Below, piece after piece: positions 1 to 10,072 of a stretch of DNA of 64,000 nt. The notes under the pieces are model-generated. The model was not told where the DNA came from. It saw only the letters and a program-made list of their open reading frames with translations, and searched no databases. The position numbers and the translations under genes were made by a program. Source of the DNA: an uncultured bacterium (GTDB lineage Bacteria; Babelota; Babeliae; Babelales; Babelaceae); NCBI GenBank assembly GCA_963713855.1, contig OY970209.1, positions 1,152,001 through 1,216,000 of the forward strand. The letters are read 5' to 3'. How positions within the stretch are numbered: the stretch's first letter is position 1; the number at the start of each line of letters is the position of its first letter.

Positions 1-346
1 TTTGATGGAAAGGAATCTTCAGATACTCTTTGAATTAATAAGCATGGATTTTTTCTCAGCTGTTACTGACCCTTATAGAATGGCTTACCTGCAGGTGCAA
101 TACTGCCGACTTCAGTTGAAAAAGCTTTACGTTCCGAATAAATCAGTGAAGATAAGCTGGTCTCTTTTTTCAACCCTATTTCAACTATGAGCGCTCAAAC
201 TTCGACAAGCGACCACATTATATGATTGCTCTGGGATCACCCCTTGGACCGCAGCTTTTTAACAATCAGTGAGTTAAAACTTACCCCGCATTCAGAGGCT
301 GCTCGCTGCAAATGTGCATGCAAGTCGAATGGAATTTTAATGTTTG

Positions 347-532
347 TTAGAGATACATGAACTTTGTTTTTGTTTGTCTTGTGTGATTTTTCTTTTGGGC
401 CGCACGCTTGCTCTTAGGCCTAGGAGCTGCTTCTGGAACTTCAATAATAGTTGTGCGCAAATCAAGATTACCCTTTTTGTAAGCAATAGCTTCTTCTAAG
501 CCCTTCTTTAATTGCTCGAAAAGTTTGGTCAT
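347..532 (-). pseudogene. Truncated HigA-like antitoxin (N-terminal part only, HTH missing)
   Basis: MTKLFEQLKKGLEEAIAYKKG..LRTTIIEVPE resembles HigA-2 N-termini; starts 1 nt after the toxin stop; no Xre HTH follows. Confidence 0.65.
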
Positions 533-533
533 G

Positions 534-875
534 TTAAGTTCCTTTAAGATTTCGTGCTATTTGTGTCAATAATTTTTTTTCTGTTGGCGTAATGTTTTCT
601 TGTTCATTTTTTGAATGCGCTAACAATTGAATGATGATTTTATCACCAGCATCATCGTAATAATATATTCTGAATCCGACACTTTTTCACTTAAAGGGAG
701 CTTTTAATCTTGTTTTCCTAATGCCGCCGGTACCTATAATAAGGTCACCTCCTGCTGGATTTTTAGCAAGATAATCTTTGAAGTTTTCAAAATCTTTACT
801 TAATAGTTTTCTCTTTTCAATAAGACCGTCTATTATTTTCATGAATTCCCTGGTTTCAACCACCGATCTTTTCAT
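534..875 (-). pseudogene. RelE/HigB-2 family toxin interrupted by in-frame TGA at 687-689
   Basis: GDLIIGTGGIRKTRL...K*KSVGFRIYYYD...LLAHSKNEQENIT continues in frame past the TGA to TAA at 534-536 (113 codons). Confidence 0.8.
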
Positions 876-1088
876 CTAGCAAGTCTTTCTTATAAGGTGT
901 CGAGACATCACCGATTAAGACCCTCCTGTAACATTAAATTGGTGTATGTAAGTACTAACACGTAAAAGCAAAAAGAATGAAGAACAATGGTAGTCAGCGG
1001 CGGCTTGCTAGTAGTATATAAATGTGTCAAACTGCTCAAGAATAAGAATTCCATTTTAATTAAACTAATGATTAGTAGGCGAGGAAGC

Positions 1089-1973
1089 ATGAAAATTCCA
1101 TTTAATTTCCTTTTTCTAGGCTTTCTAGTTATAACAAGTGACTTTGTTTTGGCAAGAAAGCTCTTAAGCATGGAAGAGCGGCCAATACTACCTCCCGTTT
1201 TGATTAGGTTAGCAAAATGTGTCGAAAATGCAGACGTTAACGCGCTTATTGATAAAAAGAAGATACAGGATTGCTCGCTGATGCATCGTGCTGTACAACA
1301 TGCTGCATGCCTTATCGAAGCTCACGAGAGAGTTCAGGCAAATGCCAGCATTAAAAAAGCTTTAGAGCTATTAATCCAAAACGGCATTAACCCGAATACT
1401 GTTAGAACAGTTGGCAATAATGGACTACTTCATGCAGCGGTAATGTATAACATCAGAAATACGGAGCTTATACAAATGCTTATTGATGCCGGAGTTGACC
1501 CTCATCAGCAAAATAACCATGGCTCAAGCCCCATCGATAAAGTTAGTAATGATCTAGTCAAAATGCTTCTTGAGGCGGGCGTAGATCCAAATCATCAAAA
1601 CAGGCAAGAAGTTACTCCCCTTGATGGAATCACTCACAGTAATGATCGCCATTTTATTTCCGTTCCTAGGGAATACGAACCACTGGATCGGGAACAAAGA
1701 AGAAAGGCTTGCTTGTCTTCTACTCAGCGCCCATTCCAACGCTCGAAGGACAGGCCAGAGAGTGAAAAAGAACCTGAGAATAAAAAACGCAAGCAGAAGA
1801 GCAAGAAAGCCAGCGCTGAAAGAAGAGTTCGTATTCGTGCTCAAGTTCAGCCATTACCGGCACCGGAAGGGCAGTCGGCTACGCCTGTTACATCGGAGTT
1901 AAGCAAAATGGCAATCGGCTTTATCTTGCAAAATAAAATGGACGTCGGTTACATCAGTCCAGCGTTCAAATGA
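1089..1973 (+). CDS. Exported ankyrin-repeat protein with basic C-terminal region
   Basis: GAGGA SD before ATG 1089 (ORF open from 987); signal peptide then SMEER; GNNGLLHAAV and GSSPID ankyrin-type repeats; KKRKQKSKK. Confidence 0.85.
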   Translation: MKIPFNFLFLGFLVITSDFVLARKLLSMEERPILPPVLIRLAKCVENADVNALIDKKKIQDCSLMHRAVQHAACLIEAHERVQANASIKKALELLIQNGINPNTVRTVGNNGLLHAAVMYNIRNTELIQMLIDAGVDPHQQNNHGSSPIDKVSNDLVKMLLEAGVDPNHQNRQEVTPLDGITHSNDRHFISVPREYEPLDREQRRKACLSSTQRPFQRSKDRPESEKEPENKKRKQKSKKASAERRVRIRAQVQPLPAPEGQSATPVTSELSKMAIGFILQNKMDVGYISPAFK

Positions 1974-2060
1974 ATAGAGGAAAGAAGATTTGAGCTTATT
2001 TCACATTTTGAAAATGGCATCAATGAGATGCGCCGCAGATTGCCAGTGCCAATACACCCC

Positions 2061-2372
2061 TCACTTCTTTTTTGATCTTCTGCGCCTACAGAAGATCCCT
2101 TCCTGCACCTGAAATATGGTTATATCGCTGAAATTACTGTTCGCGGTTGCTACAAATATCACCGGTAGAGATCGGTAAAAAACTATCGAGTTGGGCACAC
2201 TAGACTCGGGAGGTAATTGCCGAGTTGATATGCTCTTTAATACTCCATTAGTAGCATTAAAGAGAGTTACATCATTTGAAAGAGCATTCGCATTTACAAG
2301 ATAAGAGCCATTAAGCAACAAGTGAGATCTCGCCTCACCTGGAAAATAAAAAATGCCATTCGATCCATCCAA
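2061..2372 (-). pseudogene. Remnant of beta-propeller blades
   Basis: NGSYLVNANALSNDVTLF...LPPESSVPNSIVF...ATANSNFSDITIF matches the blades of the adjacent gene; no signal peptide, only about 2 blades. Confidence 0.7.
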
Positions 2373-2460
2373 GATAGCTCAAAATTTAGATAAGATGGTT
2401 CTTTGTCTGGAGGGAACATTTGCCTGCAAAGTGAAGAGCGATACTGCTTACTCGTTATTT

Positions 2461-5400
2461 TTAAAGGCTGACAGAGTCAAGCGATGTGCGGTGTTTATGA
2501 AGCCAATATTTATAGATTGCAAATGCCCCCACTGCGCTTACCACGCCCAGGACGCCAAGAGTCAGCGGAATCCCCACGGTCGTACCAATAATAACTCCCA
2601 AAGGTGCGCTACTACCTCCATCTCCCATTGATGACCCGTCGCCCGCGGTGCTGCTTGAACCATCTCCAGCGCCAAAGAGGTTGCCAATTGACACGTCATT
2701 TGAAAGAAAATTTGCTGTTGCTAGGTAGGTATTGTTTGTTATATTAGAAACTGGCGCAAAATTAATCGAGACGCAATGCAACGAATTGTTAGGCAGATGA
2801 TAAGAGGCGCCATTTGCCAGAACAACTTGATTGAGTGCAAAGAGAGTAAAAGTACTTGAATCACTATTAGCGGTGGCTAAAAATGCTTCGTTGGGCGAAA
2901 CGGCGATCGATTGGGGATTGCTATCCGCTGCAGGTAGAGGATAAGATTGCACAGCACTGAGAGATCCAGCTTGTAGCTTGAATACCGAAACATCGTTCGT
3001 GTTACCATTGGCAGTATAAATGACGTAGTTATTGCTAATCGGCGTCAAGAATACAATTGCTTGAGGACCTGTCGATCCTGTTGGAAGCGGCTGAGAAATA
3101 CCGTTGGTAAGGGCACCAGCTTGTACCCGAAAGAGAGTGATGTCATTTGAGCCATAATTAGCCGTGGCAAGATATGCACCGTCCGGAGCAAATGCAAGCG
3201 CTGCGGGAAGCGTAGATCCTCCGGGTAAAGCATAATTGGTTGATCCGCCCAGAGCCCCACCACTGAAGCCAAAAATGCTTACATCATTTGAGCCGCTATT
3301 GGCAACTGCAAGATAGAGATCATTTGGAGAAAATTGTAATGACGTAGGTCGAGTCGATCCTGAAGGAAGCGCATATGAAGTAGGATTCGTCAATAGCCCA
3401 CCGGTAAGCGCAAAAACGGTTACATCATTCGAATTCTGATTGCACGTGGCAACGTACAAGTTATTTGTAGAAAAAGCTATTGAGGTCGGATAAGAAAGCG
3501 GTCCTGAACTATAAGGAAGTGGGTACGATCTTCCTGCTGCTAAGGTGAGCGTGTTGTTGGCGTTAATATTGACATCGAAAAGAGATACGTCGTTGGAAGC
3601 ATAATTTGCTGTTCCCAAATAAAGGGAATTGGGGGAAAAAGCAATAGCATTAGGCTGACGCGAGCTGACAGACAATGGTGGTAAAAGATATGATTTTGCC
3701 TGACTCAGAACGCCCGCTGCTAGAGAGAAAACAATAATATCTAATGAAGCATCGCTGACTACAGCACAATACAAACCATTAGGAGAAACCGCGACCGAGT
3801 TAGAGCCTGAAGGTAAAGAATATGAAGTAGGATTGCTCAAAACCCCAGCCCCTACGCTAAACACGGTCACGTTAAATGAAGAATAGTTTGCGGTAATAAG
3901 ATAAGCACTATCAGTGGTAAATGTGAGAGAAATAGCGCCCACAGCCCCAGATGGAAGAGCGTACGACGTTCCGCTGCTTAAAGTTCCACCAGATCCAACA
4001 GTAAACAGAGTTACATTGCTTGATCCGTAATTGGCGGTAGCAAGATACGACCCATTGGGTGAAAATGCGACGGCATAAGGCGTGTCTGTGCCGGTTGGCA
4101 TCGGATAAGAGACACCATTGCTCAGGACGCCGCCAGATCCCACAGTAAACATGGTTACAGCACCGGAAGTATCAGCCACTGCAAGGTATGAACCATTAGG
4201 TGAAAATGCGACCGACCAGCCTCCACCAGAGTCTGGAAGTACATAAGAAGTTTCTCCGCTCAAGACGCCACCGGCACCTACCTGAAACATAGTAACTGCT
4301 GCCTGTGGTGCTATGCTGCCAGCTGCAAGATACAAGCCATTAGGTGAAAATGCAACTGATAATGTCTCTGTAGCATTTGTAGGAAGCGGGTAGGATGTAG
4401 CCCCACTTAAAAGACCTCCCGCCCCAACTTGAAATACCACAACTTCATTTGCAATATCTGCAGCAACCGCAAGATATGAGTTGTTGGGTGAAAATGCCAC
4501 AGAGGAAGCTGAGGTAGCCCCGGATAAGTCTTGAGTAGAAGCGCCACCACTCAATACTCCAGCCGCCACATTGAAGAGGGTAACGTTTTTTGTATGATAA
4601 TTAGCTGTTGCAAGATACGAACCGTTAGAGCTAAAAGAAACTGAGTACGGACCAAGTGATCCTGAAGGAAGATTGTACGACGCGCTCGAACTTAATGCTC
4701 CTCCTGAACCGACGTTAAAAATCGTTATGCTGCTTGAGTTTCCCGAATTACTACTGGCATTAGCAGAAGCAAAGTATGAACCATCTGGTGAAAATGTTCC
4801 AGCCAGAGGTACCGTATTGCCTGCGGGCAATGCATAAGACGTCCCTCCCGTAAGAGTGCCACCGGGCTGCACAGTAAACACTGTTACATCGCTTGAAGTA
4901 AAATTAGTGGTTACAAGGTAGTTATTATTAGGAGAAAATGAGACTGAACTCGGCGCCTGGGAACCCGTGGGTAGCGAATATGACGTACCTGCACTAAGGG
5001 TTTCTCCGGCACCAACTTTAAAAATACTTACATTATTAGAACCCGAATTGGAAGTAGCGAGATATGAGCCATTTGGTGAAAATGCAAGTGATAGAGGGCC
5101 GCCAGTACCTGAAGGTAAGGCATAGTTGGTTCCGCTACTTAAGACTCCTCCTGCTCCGACATTAAAAATAGTAATGTAGCCTGTGGCGACCGCAAGATAC
5201 TTACCGTCGGGCGAAAATGCTATTGCATCGGCAAGATAAGCACCTGAAGGCAGCGGATAGGAAATTCCGGCACCCAAGACACCACCCTGTACAGTAAATA
5301 TAGTAACATCGCTTGAATCACCCGTAGCAAGGTAGGACCCATCAGGCGAAATTGCAATGCAATTAGGAGGGGTTGCAGTTACAGGCAATAAATAGGAAGC

Positions 5401-5772
5401 TAACTCAGTCAAACCAGTCCCCGACACGCTAAATACTGAAACATCTCTGGTAACAGTGTGTACCGTAAAATAATATGCGCCGTCCGGTGAAAAAACCCCC
5501 TGGAGTGGCACCGTTGGGCTGGGAGGTAACGCGTAAGAAAACCCGCTGGTTAACGACCCTTGTGCTGATACGGTAAAAATTGACACACTGTTTCCGTTAG
5601 CAGTTGCAAAATAGGAACCGTTAGGTGAAAAAACTCCATCCTGCGGATTGCGGGCAACTCCTGGCAACGCATAACTGACTTCGGTCAAAGCATGCAAACG
5701 TAAACTAACAAGAGAAACGAGAACTATACCCAATACAGATAAACATTTCAGATCAATTTTTTTTGCTATCAT
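2461..5772 (-). CDS. Triple 7-blade beta-propeller (lactonase/YVTN-like) surface protein with C-terminal TM anchor
   Basis: Signal peptide; 21 repeats of SYxLPxGSxxPxSxAFSPNGxYLATAN; G/S/D linker; TM helix followed by a basic tail. Confidence 0.85.
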   Translation of the reverse strand: MIAKKIDLKCLSVLGIVLVSLVSLRLHALTEVSYALPGVARNPQDGVFSPNGSYFATANGNSVSIFTVSAQGSLTSGFSYALPPSPTVPLQGVFSPDGAYYFTVHTVTRDVSVFSVSGTGLTELASYLLPVTATPPNCIAISPDGSYLATGDSSDVTIFTVQGGVLGAGISYPLPSGAYLADAIAFSPDGKYLAVATGYITIFNVGAGGVLSSGTNYALPSGTGGPLSLAFSPNGSYLATSNSGSNNVSIFKVGAGETLSAGTSYSLPTGSQAPSSVSFSPNNNYLVTTNFTSSDVTVFTVQPGGTLTGGTSYALPAGNTVPLAGTFSPDGSYFASANASSNSGNSSSITIFNVGSGGALSSSASYNLPSGSLGPYSVSFSSNGSYLATANYHTKNVTLFNVAAGVLSGGASTQDLSGATSASSVAFSPNNSYLAVAADIANEVVVFQVGAGGLLSGATSYPLPTNATETLSVAFSPNGLYLAAGSIAPQAAVTMFQVGAGGVLSGETSYVLPDSGGGWSVAFSPNGSYLAVADTSGAVTMFTVGSGGVLSNGVSYPMPTGTDTPYAVAFSPNGSYLATANYGSSNVTLFTVGSGGTLSSGTSYALPSGAVGAISLTFTTDSAYLITANYSSFNVTVFSVGAGVLSNPTSYSLPSGSNSVAVSPNGLYCAVVSDASLDIIVFSLAAGVLSQAKSYLLPPLSVSSRQPNAIAFSPNSLYLGTANYASNDVSLFDVNINANNTLTLAAGRSYPLPYSSGPLSYPTSIAFSTNNLYVATCNQNSNDVTVFALTGGLLTNPTSYALPSGSTRPTSLQFSPNDLYLAVANSGSNDVSIFGFSGGALGGSTNYALPGGSTLPAALAFAPDGAYLATANYGSNDITLFRVQAGALTNGISQPLPTGSTGPQAIVFLTPISNNYVIYTANGNTNDVSVFKLQAGSLSAVQSYPLPAADSNPQSIAVSPNEAFLATANSDSSTFTLFALNQVVLANGASYHLPNNSLHCVSINFAPVSNITNNTYLATANFLSNDVSIGNLFGAGDGSSSTAGDGSSMGDGGSSAPLGVIIGTTVGIPLTLGVLGVVSAVGAFAIYKYWLHKHRTSLDSVSL

Positions 5773-6019
5773 AACGAAACCCCTTTTTGGACCAATCTAT
5801 TACGCACTTAATTGAATAAATTGCTGTACTGTTCGTGATTCCTAATTGCTCTATTACTCATTAAATAATAGAAGGAAGCTCTTTTTACCTGCTTAAGCTT
5901 ATCATGCTTTCTCATTTTTGCAACAAGCGTATCAGGAAATATTCAAAGTGCGCTACAGGGAGTTCTTAACGCTTAAGATACAAACATCCCCCAAGCAGGA
6001 ACAATTGTTAGGATATTTC

Positions 6020-6049
6020 TTGATATATTATAACATGTTATGATATAAT
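6020..6049 (+). promoter_or_regulatory. Sigma70-type promoter with overlapping palindromic operator for vapBC
   Basis: TTGATA-N18-TATAAT with extended TG; near-perfect palindrome TATATTATAACATGTTATGATATA at 6024-6047. Confidence 0.6.
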
Positions 6050-6083
6050 ACTAATCGGAAACACCTGTCAGTAAGGGAAAATT

Positions 6084-6320
6084 ATGAATATCTCAATTTA
6101 TGTAAATAAAGAACTTGCTAAAAAAATTACTGATCTCTCAAGGACACTCAAGCGAACGAGAAATTCTGTCATTAATGAGGCTCTTGAAAATTGGGTCAAA
6201 AAACAAAATAAATCAGAATGGCCAAAACACTTTTTTGAATTTGAAGCTCTATCTGATTTTCCTAGTTCAAAGGAATTAAGAAAAGGTTTAAAAATAACTA
6301 AAAAGGACCCGCTTGCATGA
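6084..6320 (+). CDS. vapB: Ribbon-helix-helix antitoxin (VapB/CopG-like)
   Basis: MNISIYVNKELAKKI...RTRNSVINEALENW RHH pattern; ATGA overlap with the PIN gene. Confidence 0.8.
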   Translation: MNISIYVNKELAKKITDLSRTLKRTRNSVINEALENWVKKQNKSEWPKHFFEFEALSDFPSSKELRKGLKITKKDPLA

Positions 6321-6715
6321 AGTATCTTCTTGATACGTGTACGATATCAGATCTCTTTAAAAAGCATCACGCAACGCTTGAACGTTTTAAGCGAGTTGTA
6401 CCTGCAGACCTGTCTATATCCTCAATTACTATTATGGAAATCGAGTATGGCCTGAAGCTCAATGCTGCACGGGAAGAAAAAATTCGTATACTCTGGCAAG
6501 ACTTTCTCAACGAGATTGATATTTTACCTTTCGATAATGATGAAGCCGTTTGTACAGGGTTTCTAAGAGTTCACCTCAAAAACCAAATGATTGGAGCCTA
6601 CGATTGTATGATTGCTGGAACCGCTTTAGTACATGGGCTTTGTGTCGTCACCTCAAATGTACGTGAGTTCTCGCGACTCAGCGATCTAATCAAGTTAGAA
6701 AATTGGCGTTCATAA
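6317..6715 (+). CDS. vapC: VapC PIN-domain toxin
   Basis: YLLDT, ITIMEIEYG, YDCMIAGTA, VVTSNVREF PIN motifs. Confidence 0.92.
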   Translation: MKYLLDTCTISDLFKKHHATLERFKRVVPADLSISSITIMEIEYGLKLNAAREEKIRILWQDFLNEIDILPFDNDEAVCTGFLRVHLKNQMIGAYDCMIAGTALVHGLCVVTSNVREFSRLSDLIKLENWRS

Positions 6716-6826
6716 CCTCCATCGCGATTCAACTTTACGCAAACCTTGCATCTTCTAAAATAATACTAAAATATAATATTTTATGATATAATAATAGTAA
6801 CTATCATAGTAATAAGGGATTTTATT

Positions 6827-8090
6827 ATGAGATTACTTGGGATACTACTTGGATTACTCTGTCTATGTACCAACCTCAATAGTTCGGTTATCAATGTTAC
6901 CGTACTCGAAAAAAAGGTGCAGCATAGGCCAGCTCAAAAGGTATATTTCATAAGTAACCGGCACTTGCGTTCTTGGTCTTTGCCTGGGGGCTACAGCCAA
7001 GAGTTCGCCAGATAGCTCATACGTCGCTATAAGCGTGGTTAATAATGTTCCGGATGAGTCGAGTATTAATATGGTAGGGATTGTTTCATTGAGTGGTCAA
7101 GTAGTAGGCACATATTCGATACCGGGCTCATATCCCTTATCAATAGCATTTTCGCCAAATGGCGCATACCTCGCTACCGCTAATTCCGAATCAAATGACG
7201 TAACAATATTTAATGTCGGAGCAAACGGAAACTTAAGCGGTGGCACCAGTTATTCAGTAGGCTCTGGACAACCTCAGTCAATAGCATTTTCACCCGATGG
7301 CAAATATCTTGCCACGGCTAATCTAGGTTCAAATGATGTAACAGTATTTAGTATAGAAACCGGAGGGGTCTTAGGCAATCCTACTTCCTACCAGCTACCC
7401 AACTCTTCAACATCCCCTGTTGCGGTAGCCTTTTCTCCCGATGGTAACTATCTTGCTACTGCTAATCTATTTGGCACCGCCGCGACTGACGGTTTTTCAT
7501 CTTTTTTACCCGATGTTACTTTATTTGCTCTAAATAATGGCGTTTTAAGTAATGGTATTTCGTACTCTTTACCAGCTTCTACCACCCTACCGGTCTGGCC
7601 TAATCCTATACTTTCTTTTACTCCTGATAGCAGAAAGCTCATTATCACAACGCAGGCCTATGCGATAAATAATGGAGTACTGTATAATGGAGGAGCCCTG
7701 TCTTTTGCTGGTCCAATATCCTCTTCCGGAAATGGATATTTTGCTACTGCTGGAAGTGAGACCTTAGTGATATACGAGCTTAATGGCAATGATTTTAGCT
7801 TAGTTGATTCATCTAACATCCCTCCCGCTGCGTTTGGCTTCGCATTTGCGCCAAATAACGCATACGTAGCCTCGATATATAATGGAATACTAGGTCGTTA
7901 TGTTGGACCAGGAAGCATAACGATAACGGAACTCACCTCCTGCAATTCTACTATTTCGGGAGGTTGCTCAACTGGAACAACATCGGGTTTAAGCAGCGCA
8001 TCGAATACAATTTCGGGTTCAAGTTCTTCGGGAAGCTCGACTTGTCAAGGGCTTATAACGAGCGTACTATCATATGTGGGCTCAAAATAG
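6827..8090 (+). pseudogene. Chimeric, frameshifted beta-propeller gene (ORFs 6827-7015 and 7035-8090)
   Basis: Signal peptide and N-terminus homologous to 36742-37944, then SLPGGYSQEF in one frame and SPDSSYVA in the next frame at about 7005; six more blades and a Ser-rich tail follow. Confidence 0.7.
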
Positions 8091-8094
8091 AATT

Positions 8095-8330
8095 TTAAAA
8101 AAATCGCAGATGTTGGATTCGTCGATCCATTAGGCAAAGCAAACGATTGGCCATTACCAAGTTGCCCTCCTAACTGCTGGTTGCATTTGTGTTAAAAAGA
8201 GTTACGTCATTCGATTTATAATCGGAGGTTGCAAGATAGGAACCCATAGGACTCTTCACGCAATCGCTTGAGTTTGGAACGTTGACCAAAGAGTAGATTT
8301 TGCGGTGCAGAACCAAAAGGCAAAACAATT
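8095..8330 (-). pseudogene. Remnant of beta-propeller blades
   Basis: Minus strand reads SPMGSYLATSDYKSNDVTLF and GGQLGNGQSFALPNGSTNPTSAIF, broken by a stop/frameshift. Confidence 0.7.
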
Positions 8331-8374
8331 ATTGTAATTAGTTCCACGGAGCTATGGGCATCTATCGCTGCTTA

Positions 8375-9745
8375 TTAATCGAGAGGCAACTGAGTATCAA
8401 CAATAGTAGAGCTTCTGGCTGCTCGTAGTCTGCTCAGATATTTATAGAGGAAAAATCCGCCGACCGCAGTTGCTACTAATGATGCAAGGCCTGCTGGAAT
8501 ACCAACGGTAGTTCCTAAGATAAGACTAAGAGGTAAATCATCGCTACCTATTTTGGTATCAGAAGTGCTTCCCGTCGTCGTCGAATTATCTCCATCGCCT
8601 TGGCTTGGACAGCTTATTTGAAAAAGTATTATATGACTTTGACCGGAGCATAATGCGGGCCAACAACATTGAGAACTAGTAAAAAAATATAAACTATTAG
8701 GCAAAAATGCGACTGCATCGGGCATGAATGAGCCTTCTGGCAACGGATAAGAGGTTGCTCTCGTCAGTTTTCCTTCATTTTGTACTTCAAAGAGCGTTAC
8801 ATTACTCACACCATGGCCATTGCCCCAAAATCCGTAATTGGCAACAACGAGGTATGAACCGTTCGATGAAAATGCTAATGACCGGGGGATGCGAGAATCA
8901 GAAGGTAATTTGTAGGCAGTCGGTCGGCTCAGGCGCCCCCCTTTTTCTAAGTGAAATAAAGTTACATTACTGGAATTTTGATTTGCTGTAACTAGGTAGT
9001 TTCCATCTGGCGAAATCGCTATAGAACGAGGCGCAACACATCCAGCAGGTAAAGGATACGAAGTGCCCTCGTCCAAGGCGCCATCCTCTCCAACTCTGAA
9101 TAGTACGACATCGTCAAGACCATTGAAATTTGAACGAAAATTAGCAGTGGCAAGGTACTTGCCATCGGGTGAAAATGTCAATACAATATCATTCATAAGC
9201 TGACTTGAACCAGAGGGCAGTTCATACGATCTACCATTGCTCAATATCCCGTCTTGACTTACATCAAATACAGTTACATTTTTTGAATCAATGTTAGCGG
9301 TGGCACACAATGAGCCATTAGGCGAAAATGCTATTGAGTTAGCACCTTGAGAACCCTGAGGTAAAGGATAACGCTTACTTTCGCTTAGCTGGCCGCCTAT
9401 TCCTACAGTAAAGACTGTTACATCACCTGTCGCTAAAGCGAGATATAAACTATTAGATGAAAAAGCTAATCCATGCGCCCCGCCCCCGTCACGGTAAGAC
9501 TTCCATGCGCCAAGTACACCTTGTGCCTCAACCGTTACTACGTTAACATGATCAGGACTTATGACAGCGCAATAATCGCCATTAGGCGAGCAAGCAATAG
9601 CGCCAGAGGGAAGACAGGTGGCTTGAGGCAAAGAATAATTAACGCCCGATACTAATAATGAGGGGCAATCAGCATATATTACTTGGCCCACCGTGAATAG
9701 AGTACATGCCAAGATATAAGAAACAGAACTCATTGAATGGTGCAT
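8375..9745 (-). CDS. 7-blade beta-propeller surface protein with C-terminal TM anchor
   Basis: Probable ATG 9745 after AAAGGGG (ORF open to 9811); signal peptide; 7 AFSP-type repeats; TM LILGTTVGIPAG...FFLYKY like that of 2461-5772. Confidence 0.85.
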   Translation of the reverse strand: MHHSMSSVSYILACTLFTVGQVIYADCPSLLVSGVNYSLPQATCLPSGAIACSPNGDYCAVISPDHVNVVTVEAQGVLGAWKSYRDGGGAHGLAFSSNSLYLALATGDVTVFTVGIGGQLSESKRYPLPQGSQGANSIAFSPNGSLCATANIDSKNVTVFDVSQDGILSNGRSYELPSGSSQLMNDIVLTFSPDGKYLATANFRSNFNGLDDVVLFRVGEDGALDEGTSYPLPAGCVAPRSIAISPDGNYLVTANQNSSNVTLFHLEKGGRLSRPTAYKLPSDSRIPRSLAFSSNGSYLVVANYGFWGNGHGVSNVTLFEVQNEGKLTRATSYPLPEGSFMPDAVAFLPNSLYFFTSSQCCWPALCSGQSHIILFQISCPSQGDGDNSTTTGSTSDTKIGSDDLPLSLILGTTVGIPAGLASLVATAVGGFFLYKYLSRLRAARSSTIVDTQLPLD

Positions 9746-10072
9746 GGCTACCCCTTTGAATATAGGTTTGCGTGCTTTGCTACTCTGACCTCCGGTTAAA
9801 CATAACATCACCTATTTTTTAATCAAGCTCATCACCGCACTTTCTATATAATGAAAAGATCTCTTAAGAAAGTCCGGCCGGCCAAATTTGAGTAGAAAAG
9901 AGGGCCTCGCATTGCACTGCTCAAAAAAGAGCCGCATGTTGATTTTTTGAGCATTTCTAGTAAATTCAAAATTACCAAATGAATAAAAAAACATAATTAT
10001 GTCTTATTAATAGGCGATTTATGACGTGGAAATTATTTCTATATAAAAAATAGTTCTATTGAGGAAAAAAGT

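Noticed and set aside
2..190. 62-aa ORF at the window start, and LPAGAILPTSV in another frame
   Set aside because: No recognisable product; the propeller-like peptide is too short to support a call
2461..5772. CRISPR-like or DGR-like repeats in the propeller genes
   Set aside because: Repeats are protein-level and degenerate in DNA; no identical direct repeats with spacers, and no reverse transcriptase or cas gene in the window
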